Origin: a bacterium BMS3Abin11 | GTDB taxonomy: Bacteria > Pseudomonadota > Gammaproteobacteria > BMS3Bbin11 | NCBI GenBank assembly: GCA_002897635.1 | Contig: BDTD01000011.1 | Coordinates: 76,436 to 140,435 of the forward strand | Direction of reading: 5' to 3' | DNA length: 64,000 nt | Shown: positions 20,282 through 29,860 of the stretch, in pieces | How positions within the stretch are numbered: position 1 is the first letter of the stretch | Layout of the letters: each line of letters starts with the position of its first letter | The notes under the pieces: generated by a model | The model's database searches: none | What the model was told of the DNA's origin: nothing | Seen by the model: the letters and a program-made list of their open reading frames with translations, nothing else | Position numbers and translations under genes: made by a program

Positions 20282-20797
20282 TCAAATCGCCATTTCCAGA
20301 TCATCGGTAATAGCCTTAAGGCCTGCCGCTGCGCAGGCTTCGTCGGTCTTACCAGATGGTGCTCCGCTGACACCGATTCCACCAAGGATTGTGCTGCCGG
20401 CGGTAATCGGCAGACCGCCGGCAGAGATTATCAGGCCATCGAGTTTTGCTGGTCCGAACGGTGAGGTGAAGCGGGTTTCCAGCTCTGACGTTGGGGCATT
20501 AAAGTTCATTGCCGCGTAGGCTTTCTGCTTGCTGACTGGTACAGTAATTGGCATTGCAAGGGTATCCCTTAGTGTTACCTGAGTATGGCCACCACGATCG
20601 ACGATGGTCACCGCCACGTTCAGGCTTTCTTTGCGGCAGGCGGCAATAGTTGCCTGCGCGGCCTTTATAGCCATATTCATGGCCAGACGCTGAATTGGGA
20701 GCATCAGGGGTTCTTCGGCCTGTGCCATGCCACTGGGCAACAGCGCTGCGATAATAAGTATGAGGGTTAATTTTTTCATTAGAGTAATCTCCAGCAC
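20282..20797 (-). CDS. GlcG/HbpS-like heme-binding protein (DUF336), secreted paralog
   Basis: Signal peptide plus GGLPITAGSTILGGIGVSGAPSGKTDEACAAAGL. Confidence 0.75.
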   Translation of the reverse strand: MLEITLMKKLTLILIIAALLPSGMAQAEEPLMLPIQRLAMNMAIKAAQATIAACRKESLNVAVTIVDRGGHTQVTLRDTLAMPITVPVSKQKAYAAMNFNAPTSELETRFTSPFGPAKLDGLIISAGGLPITAGSTILGGIGVSGAPSGKTDEACAAAGLKAITDDLEMAI

Positions 20798-20879
20798 GAG
20801 TTAGTGAGGCACAACATAGCATGTTATTGGCCCAATTACTGGTTTCCCCTTTCACCTTGAGTCTATTATTATCACCATC

Positions 20880-21302
20880 ATGGGCTTACACATATCCAGC
20901 CAGGTCAGCATTCCCGAAAATGAGATAGAACTCAGTGCCATCCGTGCCCAGGGTGCGGGTGGTCAGAACGTCAACAAGGTCTCATCAGCCATCCACCTGC
21001 GCTTCGATATCAATGCCTCGTCGCTGCCGCAGTTCTACAGGCAACGACTGCTGGCCTTAAGCGACCAGCGCATTAGTAAAGACGGCGTTATTATTATTAA
21101 GGCGCAGCAGTTTCGTACGCAGGAAAAAAACCGTGACGAAGCCCTGCGCCGTCTGGCTGAACTGATTCGCAGTGCTGCGGTCATAAAGAAAAAGCGCAGG
21201 GCCACACGACCAACGAAATCCTCACAGCAAAAACGTATGGACAGTAAAACAAAGCGCGGTAGAACAAAAGGCCTGCGCAGGAAGGTGGGCTATGAGGAAT
21301 AA
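20880..21302 (+). CDS. arfB: alternative ribosome-rescue factor ArfB (peptidyl-tRNA hydrolase, YaeJ family)
   Basis: GGQ motif in GAGGQNVNKV, basic C-terminal tail, 140 aa. Confidence 0.85.
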   Translation: MGLHISSQVSIPENEIELSAIRAQGAGGQNVNKVSSAIHLRFDINASSLPQFYRQRLLALSDQRISKDGVIIIKAQQFRTQEKNRDEALRRLAELIRSAAVIKKKRRATRPTKSSQQKRMDSKTKRGRTKGLRRKVGYEE

Positions 21303-21391
21303 ACTATCCCTAACTATAAAGGGACAGGGTATAGTCTGTATCTGAGAGAAATCTTCACTGCATTTTTTAAAAATAAAATGAGGTACATTTT

Positions 21392-21952
21392 ATGAGCATG
21401 ACACCTGCAGCATTCAGAGAGCAATTCCCCGGGATTGCCGGGCACTGTGATCCTGGTGGACTGGAAGACCTGCTGGCCGCGATGGAAACGCGAAATGTCC
21501 ATGCCGGAGATGCCGTGACAACTGATGGTGAATATTGCGATTCACTTTTTCTTGTTATTGACGGAAAGCTTGTTTCCCAGATTACCAGTGAGAAAGAAAC
21601 CATTCGTCTTGGTGTACATAAAAAAGGGGACTGCTTTGGTGAAGTTAATATTCTTGATCCCGGACCGTCTACAAGTTCTGTAATCGCCACTGGTGACTGT
21701 GCACTCCTTGTTCTGACCCATGATGCTTTCCACAAGCTGGACAGACTGCACCCGCAGATGACAGGGAATATTTTACGCATGCTATCCTCAACCATGATTG
21801 AGCGTTGTCGCGTTGCTGACAAATTACTGTTCAGCAAATACGCCTATATAGAGGGGATTAAAGACAATGATTCCAGAAAACACCATGGACTCATTGATTG
21901 GGGACGCGATCTTTTACAAAAACTGCATGGCCACAAAAAGATACAGCTATGA
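21392..21952 (+). CDS. cyclic nucleotide-binding domain protein
   Basis: cNMP-binding beta-roll with FGEVNILD and the following helix. The stop overlaps the next ATG (ATGA). Confidence 0.65.
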   Translation: MSMTPAAFREQFPGIAGHCDPGGLEDLLAAMETRNVHAGDAVTTDGEYCDSLFLVIDGKLVSQITSEKETIRLGVHKKGDCFGEVNILDPGPSTSSVIATGDCALLVLTHDAFHKLDRLHPQMTGNILRMLSSTMIERCRVADKLLFSKYAYIEGIKDNDSRKHHGLIDWGRDLLQKLHGHKKIQL

Positions 21953-22419
21953 ATATTGATGAATATCTTCAATCTGTTCCTTTATTTAGCGAAATGACCA
22001 ATGATGAGCTGAAAATATTAGGCCAATCGATGGTGGTTAAAGACTATCCCGATAAATATCTGTTTATATCTGAAGAAGGTAGTGCTGATACCTTCTATGT
22101 AATTCTCGAGGGTGAAATTGAAATCACTCACGAAAAAGATACAGAGCGTGGACTGCAACGTGTTTCAACATTGGGAGCGGGTAGTATGATAGGCCTGCAT
22201 AGTTTGATAGCCCACCATCGCCCTATTGTGTCCTGTCATGCCAAAGGAAAAGTAAAAGCCGCCTTTTTACCGAGTTCGGCATTTAATTTGCTTTTTCAAT
22301 ACAATACCCGCCTGCCGCATCATTTTCAGATGATTGTTGCCAAACAACTGGCAGCCAACTACCGTAATATAGTAAATGAACTGAAAGAAATGATGCTTAC
22401 AGATGATGCTGCCGAGTAG
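21949..22419 (+). CDS. cyclic nucleotide-binding domain protein (second, translationally coupled)
   Basis: cNMP-binding fold (FYVILEGEIEI...GAGSMIGLHSL). Start taken at MNIDEY rather than the upstream M in the track. Confidence 0.65.
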   Translation: MNIDEYLQSVPLFSEMTNDELKILGQSMVVKDYPDKYLFISEEGSADTFYVILEGEIEITHEKDTERGLQRVSTLGAGSMIGLHSLIAHHRPIVSCHAKGKVKAAFLPSSAFNLLFQYNTRLPHHFQMIVAKQLAANYRNIVNELKEMMLTDDAAE

Positions 22420-22462
22420 AGATTTGTAACTGGTTTTCATCTCCTTATGGGTATTCTTGCCG

Positions 22463-22499
22463 CCAAAAAAAAGCCCCATAAACTCATGGGGCTTTTTCG
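22463..22499. terminator. bidirectional rho-independent terminator
   Basis: GCCCCAT-AAACTC-ATGGGGC hairpin flanked by an A-tract and a T-tract. It lies between convergent cNMP-binding and cspA genes. Confidence 0.75.
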
Positions 22500-22520
22500 T
22501 ACTTCGAGTGAACTAAGTGT

Positions 22521-22721
22521 TCAGGTCTGTACGTTTACTGCTGTTGGGCCTTTTGCTCCATCTTCAACGTCGAAGGTAACTTCCTGACCTTCTGCGAGTG
22601 TACGGAAGCCATCGCTAGCGATAGCAGAAAAATGGACGAAAACGTCCTTAGTGCCATCTGATGGAGTGATAAAGCCGAAGCCTTTGGATTCGTTAAACCA
22701 TTTAACGGTTCCTGTTGCCAT
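22521..22721 (-). CDS. cspA: cold-shock protein, CspA family
   Basis: [18 protein letters not shown]...VHFSAI with RNP motifs, 66 aa. Confidence 0.9.
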   Translation of the reverse strand: MATGTVKWFNESKGFGFITPSDGTKDVFVHFSAIASDGFRTLAEGQEVTFDVEDGAKGPTAVNVQT

Positions 22722-22961
22722 GATAAATACCTCAATAAATAAAAAAATATAGTGTGTTACAAGATCTTACGAGGTAATCAACAGGAGAGTTTGGATCGTA
22801 CTTCTGACAAAAACCAGGGAGAGTATGTAGCGTGCGCGAGTATACCCTGTTTTTTATAAAGAAAAAAAGACTAAATTCAGATAAAAGATGAAAAATCATT
22901 AAAGATTCCCTTCTGCTAATGCTCTTGTATCCTTAGTCCTTTGTCCTTAGTCTTCTTTCAA

Positions 22962-23355
22962 GCCTTTTCCCCAATGGTGTGAATAACTTCTACATTGAAG
23001 TAGATGCCTTCTTCATCAGCCAGTTCATTGACCTCATCCAGGCCCGTGCCGGTTGCGATATCGAGAATATTTTCATCACCAATAAACTACCCCGCAGCAA
23101 GCTGACGGGGTATTAAATGTAGGTGCGAATTCATTCGCACAGCGATGCCAATGTTTATGCACATTGTGCGAATGAATTCGCACCTACAGTTTTCGTGGCA
23201 AGCCACGGGGAATTATGCCCATAGGGATTTAAATTAAGCAAAGCAGGCAGATGAGAGGCTGCGTTCTCAAAGAATCGCAACGAACCCGTGCCATATTGTT
23301 CGCACACTGTGTTAAACACCTGGCGAATAAATTCTTTACGGTTTTTGTCTTCCAT
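22962..23355 (-). pseudogene. small gene disrupted by insertion of the 149 bp MITE
   Basis: N-terminal part MEDKNRKEFIRQVFNTVCEQYGTGSLRFFENAASHL reads straight into the repeat. A C-terminal part ...DENILDIATGTGLDEVNELADEEGIYFNVEVIHTIGEKA* resumes directly after it. Confidence 0.5.
23081..23229. mobile_element. 149 bp palindromic MITE-like repeat (copy B, inserted in a coding region)
   Basis: Matches 6346..6494 over its full length, with the same 23 bp internal inverted repeat. Confidence 0.8.
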
Positions 23356-23424
23356 GGTGATTCTTTCTTCTGGTGAGTAATTATTATACGCAATTATTTT
23401 GGCCCCTTTGTAGAAGCGCCGTTC

Positions 23425-24069
23425 CTACATTTTCACATACACCTGCGTCAACCAGATCAAATTGGTGTTCTGGTATGCCTTGTCGAAACCCGCTTCAGTA
23501 ACCCACTTCTCAATCAGTTCCGGGTTATGCACATAAGAGCGAAAATCAGAACGTGCGATTTTCAGTATCAGGGCCATAAGTTCCATCACCACCCGGATAT
23601 ACCAGCGGTTTCTCGGGTAGGTCAGGGCATAAACACGGCGCGTTTTGTTTAACGAGGCATGCACCAGGCCAACAGCATCGGGATAACAGCAAACCACCTT
23701 ATCAAGTATGGTGATATCAGCAGCAGGCAGTGACTCGTTGATTTCCATGAAGTCACCTTCGACATATTCCGTTCTGTCGGAAAGCTGGCGCTCTTCTGCC
23801 CAATGTCGCGCCTCTATGATCATCTTCGATGCCAGATCAACACCAATGGCCGATGATGCCCCTTGCTCCAGCAGGGTCTGGTGTAGATACCCTACGCCAC
23901 TACCAATCTCAAGAATTGTGGCATCCTGGTATCCAGCCTGTTCCAATCCCTCCATCAACTGCTTCTGTGATGACTCAAACCCCTTTTTTTCAAAACGCTT
24001 GCGATAGCGTCCTGCAAAAAAGGAGAAGAAACGGTTAGCTGAATTTGAATGCGGACAACAACAACTCAT
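23425..24069 (-). CDS. class I SAM-dependent methyltransferase
   Basis: Motif I ILEIGSGVG, acidic motif II VGVDLA, motif III LKPGG-equivalent region. The start codon abuts a solo AATTGATCAGAGGTTCC motif. Confidence 0.75.
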   Translation of the reverse strand: MSCCCPHSNSANRFFSFFAGRYRKRFEKKGFESSQKQLMEGLEQAGYQDATILEIGSGVGYLHQTLLEQGASSAIGVDLASKMIIEARHWAEERQLSDRTEYVEGDFMEINESLPAADITILDKVVCCYPDAVGLVHASLNKTRRVYALTYPRNRWYIRVVMELMALILKIARSDFRSYVHNPELIEKWVTEAGFDKAYQNTNLIWLTQVYVKM

Positions 24070-24400
24070 AATTGATCAGAGGTTCCCTAGATTATTCTAT
24101 TGTTGATTATGGTACCAGATGAGACAGCGCCAATGTGAATGGGTTCATTACATGTTTGCTGTATAGTTTAAGAAAAATCTGATTAATTTTTAACTAGAGA
24201 GGTCGCAGGATTTCTTTTTTTGAGAACCAGCTCCTTTCATGTACCAGCGTGCAAACAAATCTTTCACGCTGGCTTTTACACTTTTTCATCCTCTGTGTTC
24301 TTCATATCCCCTGTGGTGAATATTTTTTTGTTTGATACGTTATAATGCGCCACCCTTTTGACGGGCTTCCGTCAATCATTCTCTTTAAGGAACCTCTCTC

Positions 24401-27283
24401 GTGTACGATTTTATTCCCGGGCAACGCTGCATCAGCAATGCTGAGCTGGAAATGGGACTGGGTACAGTAATGGCCGTTGACGAACGCACGGTCACTATCG
24501 TGTTTGTGGCCACTGGCGACACCCGTACTTACTCCCGTCAGACAGCACCATTGTCTCGTGTGGCGTTTACTATTGGTGATTTAATCCGCCGGCATGATGG
24601 ATCCAAAATAATGGTAACAACCACTCGCGAAGAACAGGGGCTGATTACCTATTGTGGAACTGATGAGGAAGGTAACAGCATCGAGCTGCCCGAGTCTGAA
24701 CTGGATAACTTTATTCAGCTCAATCGTCCGACTGAGCGCCTGTTTAATAACCAGATTGATCCTGATAAATGGTTTGAACTGCGCTATCTGACCCTGCAAC
24801 AGCAAAATCGCCTTGCCCACACCGATCTGTTTGGTCTAACCGGCTGTCGAACCAGCCTGATTCCACATCAGTTATACATTGCACATGAAGTCGCCAACCG
24901 CTATGCCCCGCGTGTACTGCTGGCCGATGAGGTGGGGCTGGGAAAAACCATCGAGGCGGGTTTGATCCTGCATCATCAGCTACTGACCGGGCGTGCCCAA
25001 CGTATATTGATCGTGGTACCGGAGTCGCTGGTGTATCAATGGCTGGTGGAGATGCTGCGTCGCTTCAATCTGCACTTCCGCATTTTCGATGAAGAACGCT
25101 GCTATGTGGCAACCGATGAGGAAATGCCGGAAAACCTGTTTCATAGTGAGCAGCTGGCCCTGTGCAGCGTCGAATTTCTGATGCAGAACCCGGACATACA
25201 TGAACAGGCCGTGGCAGGCGAATGGGATCTGCTGGTTGTTGATGAAGCCCATCACCTGGCCTGGTCACCGGATCATGCCAGCGATGAATACCTTATGATC
25301 GAACAGCTTGCCACCAGGACGCGCGGCGTGCTGCTATTGACGGCAACGCCCGAGCAACTGGGCAAAGAGAGTCATTTTGCCCGCCTGCGCCTGCTTGATC
25401 CGGATCGCTTTCCTGATTTTGAGCATTTTCTTGAAGAAGAAAAAAACTACAGGCCTCTGGCCCGGACTATTAAAGACCTGATCAATGACAAAGCATTAAC
25501 TGAGGCTGACCAGGAATTAATACACAGCACTTTCAACGAAGGCGATAACCAGTCGTTGCTTGCACAAATTGAAGCCGCTGGCAAAGAAGACCAGGCAGGT
25601 AGCAAGGCCCGCACTGAACTGGTCGAACACCTGCTCGACCGCCATGGCACCGGCCGTGTGCTGTACCGGAATACGCGCTCAGCGATAAAAGGCTTTCCGA
25701 AAAGGATCGTCCGTCCTGCGCCACTGCCACTGCCGGAAATCTATCGAAATAATGATCATGACGATGCTAATGATAACAATCATTTCGCAGCACGACTTTC
25801 ACCAGAACTGAGTCTTATTAACAGCAGCGGGAAACCGGACTGGACGCAGCAGGATCCTCGCATAGACTGGCTGATCAAGGTACTGGAAAAACTGCAACCT
25901 GCGAGAGTGATTATGATTGCTGCCAGCAGAGATACGGTACTTGATATAGCTCAATATCTGAAAAGGTATTCCGGACTCCATGCTGCCGTATTCCACGAAG
26001 GACTTAGCATCGTCGAGCGTGACCGGGCGGCGGCCTACTTTGCTGATGGGGAAGCCGGCAGCCAGGTACTGTTGTGCTCTGAGATCGGCAGCGAGGGCAG
26101 AAACTTCCAGTTCGCCCATCACCTGATACTGTTTGATCTGCCGCTAAACCCGGATCTGCTGGAACAACGTATAGGCCGGCTAGACCGCATCGGCCAGACC
26201 CGCACTATTTACATCCATGTCCCCTATCTACAGGACTCTGCACAATCAGTGATGTTCCACTGGTATCACGAAAGCCTCAATGCCTTTGAGCAGACCTGCC
26301 CGGCCGGCCATTCTGTTTTTGTTCAGGTAGAAGATGCGTTAATAAATGCCTTGCGTCACCCTGCTAGCGACACCACGGATTTAATAAATAATACAAAAAC
26401 CTTATACAGGGAACTGGCGGCTAACCTGCACGCAGGCCGTGACCGGCTACTTGAATACAATTCATGCCGCCAAAATCTGGCAGAAGAGTTAAAACAACGT
26501 GCCGAACAGGCAGACCAGAATGACCCGCTTGCAGGATACATGAGCCGGGTCTTCGACAGCCTGAACATAGATTCAGAAATTCATAGTGAAAACTGTCTGA
26601 TCATTCGCCCCACAGATGAGATGGTCAACCAGTTGCCCGGCCTGCCGGATGACGGCATGACCATCACATTTAACAGGCAGACTGCACTGAGTTTTGAGGA
26701 TGCACAATATCTAACCTGGGAGCACCCCCTGGTCCGTACGGCGATGGAGATGATCACCAGCAGCGAAATGGGCAACACCGCCATGACGGCCATCAACAAA
26801 ACGCACATTAAATCCGGCAGTACATTGCTGGAGTGTATCTACAGCCTGGAAGTGCCGCCAATAAGCAATTTGCAGAGCGATCGCTACCTGCCGCCAACCA
26901 GTATCCGGGTGCTGATTGACGAACAGGGTAGAGATCACCAGCAGGATCTGACGCATTCATTCATCGAGGAACACAGGGTACATGTGCCTGCAAAAATGGC
27001 TAACAAGATCATTCACGCTAAGGAAAAAACGTTACGTCATTTGTTTAGCAACTGTGAAGATGTTGCAAAAAAACAGACACCGGTAATTCTAAAACAGGCC
27101 CATACGCAATCCAGCGAAATACTGACAAAGGAGATTAATCGCCTCAGGGCTCTGCGTCAGATCAATCCGAATATCCGTGATGAAGAAATCGAGTTCTTTG
27201 AACAGCAACTGGCGGCTTTGAATGAGGTGCTGGATGCAGCTAGTTTAAGGCTGGATTCGTTAAGGGTACTTATTTCGATATAA
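24401..27283 (+). CDS. rapA: RNA polymerase-associated SNF2/Swi2 ATPase RapA (HepA)
   Basis: Helicase motif I DEVGLGKTIEAG and motif II DEAHHL, and a helicase-C region. About 960 aa, with an N-terminus like E. coli RapA. Apparent GTG start follows a TTAAGGAACCTCTC motif. Confidence 0.9.
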   Translation: MYDFIPGQRCISNAELEMGLGTVMAVDERTVTIVFVATGDTRTYSRQTAPLSRVAFTIGDLIRRHDGSKIMVTTTREEQGLITYCGTDEEGNSIELPESELDNFIQLNRPTERLFNNQIDPDKWFELRYLTLQQQNRLAHTDLFGLTGCRTSLIPHQLYIAHEVANRYAPRVLLADEVGLGKTIEAGLILHHQLLTGRAQRILIVVPESLVYQWLVEMLRRFNLHFRIFDEERCYVATDEEMPENLFHSEQLALCSVEFLMQNPDIHEQAVAGEWDLLVVDEAHHLAWSPDHASDEYLMIEQLATRTRGVLLLTATPEQLGKESHFARLRLLDPDRFPDFEHFLEEEKNYRPLARTIKDLINDKALTEADQELIHSTFNEGDNQSLLAQIEAAGKEDQAGSKARTELVEHLLDRHGTGRVLYRNTRSAIKGFPKRIVRPAPLPLPEIYRNNDHDDANDNNHFAARLSPELSLINSSGKPDWTQQDPRIDWLIKVLEKLQPARVIMIAASRDTVLDIAQYLKRYSGLHAAVFHEGLSIVERDRAAAYFADGEAGSQVLLCSEIGSEGRNFQFAHHLILFDLPLNPDLLEQRIGRLDRIGQTRTIYIHVPYLQDSAQSVMFHWYHESLNAFEQTCPAGHSVFVQVEDALINALRHPASDTTDLINNTKTLYRELAANLHAGRDRLLEYNSCRQNLAEELKQRAEQADQNDPLAGYMSRVFDSLNIDSEIHSENCLIIRPTDEMVNQLPGLPDDGMTITFNRQTALSFEDAQYLTWEHPLVRTAMEMITSSEMGNTAMTAINKTHIKSGSTLLECIYSLEVPPISNLQSDRYLPPTSIRVLIDEQGRDHQQDLTHSFIEEHRVHVPAKMANKIIHAKEKTLRHLFSNCEDVAKKQTPVILKQAHTQSSEILTKEINRLRALRQINPNIRDEEIEFFEQQLAALNEVLDAASLRLDSLRVLISI

Positions 27284-27315
27284 ATAATTCTTTTTATAAA
27301 CATTCATACTTCTGA

Positions 27316-27370
27316 AGGAGTGTCGCTCGGCGCGATTATACAAACTGGAAATGAATCGCACCGAGCGACG
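27316..27370. repeat. palindromic hairpin repeat GTGTCGCTCGGCGCGATT...AATCGCACCGAGCGAC
   Basis: Long inverted repeat downstream of rapA. A related copy lies at 33737..33812. Confidence 0.6.
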
Positions 27371-27416
27371 AAATACAAACTTACAACAAACAACTAACGA
27401 CTATCGACTTATAAGT

Positions 27417-29303
27417 ATGCTTGTATTCAAAGACCTATCACTTCGACGCGGTAAAAAGACACTGCTTGAAGATACAAGCTTTTCACTCCCACCGGGGCAG
27501 AAGGTCGGCATTACCGGCTCTAATGGTGTAGGTAAATCAAGTTTGTTTTCTCTTATTCTGGGGGAGCTTGAGGCTGATACCGGGTCATTCAGCATGCCTC
27601 CTGACTGGGTTATCGCCCATGTTGCGCAGCATACTCCCGGCGGCAACAGCCCTGCGCTGGATTATGTCCTACGGGGTGATAAAGAATTTGTCGAGCTGCA
27701 GCAAAAAATTGACCATGTCACGGAAAATGGAGACGGTATGACCCTGGCGGAACTGCATTCACAGATGGACATTATCGACGGTTATACAGCGGAAAGCCGG
27801 GCTGCCACCCTGATGCACGGACTGGGTTTCAAAGCGGAAGAAATCAGGCTGCCAATAGAGTCATTTTCCGGTGGCTGGCGCATGCGCCTTAATCTTGCCC
27901 AGGCGCTGATGTGCCGCTCTGACCTGTTGCTGCTGGATGAACCGACCAATCATCTCGACCTGGATGCGGTGATCTGGCTGCAGACCTGGCTTAGTCGTTA
28001 TGCCGGCACACTGTTGCTGATCTCGCATGACCGTGAGTTTCTAGATTCGTTTATCACCCTGATCGCCAATATTGAACATCAGCGGATCACACTGTATACC
28101 GGTCATTACTCAGCATTTGAGAAAACGCGTGCCGAACAGCTGGCGCAGCAACAGGCTGCACATGTTAAACAGCAGAAAGAGATAGCCCACATTGAAAGTT
28201 TCGTGCGTCGCTTCGGTGCCAAAGCCAGTAAAGCGAAACAGGCACAAAGCCGGGTTAAAGCGCTGGAGCGCATGCAGCTTATCGCCGCTGCCCATGTTGA
28301 TTCACCGTTTCATTTCAGTTTCCGTGAACCGGAAAAGCTGCCCGAGCGTCTGTTCGACAGCCGCGAGGTTGAACTGGGCTATGATGACACGGCTCTGTTA
28401 AAAAATGTCGGTGTCCATCTACATGCTGGTGACCGTATTGGTTTAATCGGTCCGAATGGCGCTGGCAAATCCACCTTGATCAAATTTCTGGCCGGCGAGC
28501 TGAAATCACTGTCTGGCGAGAGTTGGCAGGCACAATACCTGAGAATTGGTTATTTCGCCCAGCACCAGCTGGAACAACTGGATGCCGAACAATCTGCTTT
28601 GCAACATCTACGGCTGCTGGACAAAAAAATGCGGGAATCAGACCTACGGGGGTATCTTGGCAATTTTGGCTTTATCGGTGATCGTGTAGAGGAACCCATA
28701 GCCCCCTTCTCCGGCGGCGAAAAGGCACGGCTGGTACTGGCATTGCTGATTTTCCAGAAACCCAATCTGCTACTGCTTGATGAGCCAACCAACCATCTTG
28801 ACCTGGAAATGCGTCACGCCCTGTCTATGGCCTTACAGGAATTTAGCGGCGCCATGGTTATCGTCTCGCATGACCGTCATTTACTAAAGTCTGTGACCGA
28901 CCAGCTAATACTCGTTGAGCACGGCAAAGTCGAGCCCTTTGATGGTGATCTCGATGACTATGCCAATCGCCTACAGGCCCCGTCAGAAAAAACCAGAGCT
29001 GGACCTGTTGTTGAAAATAGCCCGAGCAAAAAAGAAGCTCGCCGTCTTGAAGCCGATAAAAGGAAGAGGCTGCAGCCACTTAAAAAAAGTATTGATCGAC
29101 TGGAAAAAAAGATTGAAGAACATAATAAGCAATTAGAAACTATTGAGCAGCAGCTTACCGAACCCAAACTTTATAATGAAGAAAACGCAGAAAAAATAAC
29201 CTCTCTTTTACAGGACAAGGCTTATCTGGCGAAGGATATTTCAGAACTTGAAGAACAGTGGATGGAATCTGTGGATAAATATGAAATAGCGAGAAAGGCT
29301 TGA
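27417..29303 (+). CDS. ABC-F family ATPase (tandem ABC domains, YheS/Uup-like, with C-terminal coiled coil)
   Basis: Two Walker A motifs (GSNGVGKSS, GPNGAGKST) and two signature motifs (FSGGWRMR, FSGGEKAR), with no TM domain. Start set at MLVFKDL. The track start at 27351 lies inside the upstream hairpin. Confidence 0.85.
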   Translation: MLVFKDLSLRRGKKTLLEDTSFSLPPGQKVGITGSNGVGKSSLFSLILGELEADTGSFSMPPDWVIAHVAQHTPGGNSPALDYVLRGDKEFVELQQKIDHVTENGDGMTLAELHSQMDIIDGYTAESRAATLMHGLGFKAEEIRLPIESFSGGWRMRLNLAQALMCRSDLLLLDEPTNHLDLDAVIWLQTWLSRYAGTLLLISHDREFLDSFITLIANIEHQRITLYTGHYSAFEKTRAEQLAQQQAAHVKQQKEIAHIESFVRRFGAKASKAKQAQSRVKALERMQLIAAAHVDSPFHFSFREPEKLPERLFDSREVELGYDDTALLKNVGVHLHAGDRIGLIGPNGAGKSTLIKFLAGELKSLSGESWQAQYLRIGYFAQHQLEQLDAEQSALQHLRLLDKKMRESDLRGYLGNFGFIGDRVEEPIAPFSGGEKARLVLALLIFQKPNLLLLDEPTNHLDLEMRHALSMALQEFSGAMVIVSHDRHLLKSVTDQLILVEHGKVEPFDGDLDDYANRLQAPSEKTRAGPVVENSPSKKEARRLEADKRKRLQPLKKSIDRLEKKIEEHNKQLETIEQQLTEPKLYNEENAEKITSLLQDKAYLAKDISELEEQWMESVDKYEIARKA

Positions 29304-29394
29304 GGAGGAAGGGAGAAGAGAGAAAGGAGAAAGTAATAAATGAAATATAAAAGAGAACCCGATTTCCCTTTTTGTCTCAGCTGGTGTATTTATA

Positions 29395-29799
29395 ATGAAA
29401 GAAAACCTGTGGGATTTTAGAGGAGGTGTTCTGGTGACTGATCAAAGGCATTTTTTTGCAGTTGAGAAACGAAGGAGGCGCCGATGGGAACTTGTTTTTT
29501 ACCTGCGCATATTCGACCAGGCGGATGGGTCGTTACTGGGCCATGTCGTCGATATCTCGGCAGATGGTCTGATGCTGCTCAGTGAATACCCGATTGGACT
29601 CAACAAAGACTTCGATCTGGGTCTTGAAATGCCAGGTTCAGGAACTAAAAAACGCATGAAGATTACTCTTAAAGCACATAGCATCTGGCAGTCTAACGAT
29701 GCCAACCCTGATTTAATCGATACCGGCTTTCAGCTAATCAATCCTGAAAAATCCTCTATTGATGCCATAACGAAGCTTATTCGGGAATTGCAGTTTTGA
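29395..29799 (+). CDS. PilZ domain protein
   Basis: RRRRR...(about 25 aa)...VVDISADGLMLLS matches the PilZ RxxxR / DxSxGG c-di-GMP binding pattern. Confidence 0.55.
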   Translation: MKENLWDFRGGVLVTDQRHFFAVEKRRRRRWELVFYLRIFDQADGSLLGHVVDISADGLMLLSEYPIGLNKDFDLGLEMPGSGTKKRMKITLKAHSIWQSNDANPDLIDTGFQLINPEKSSIDAITKLIRELQF

Positions 29800-29860
29800 T
29801 AGAATAAAGGTTAAGGAAGAAAGGGGAAAGGCCAAAACCAGGATCAAAATCGGATTCAAA

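Noticed and set aside
27351-27416. Upstream extension of the ABC-F ORF (MNRTERRNTNLQQ...)
   Set aside because: The extension lies within the palindromic hairpin repeat downstream of rapA. ABC-F proteins start at the M(L/I)xxxxL motif, so the start was moved to 27417.
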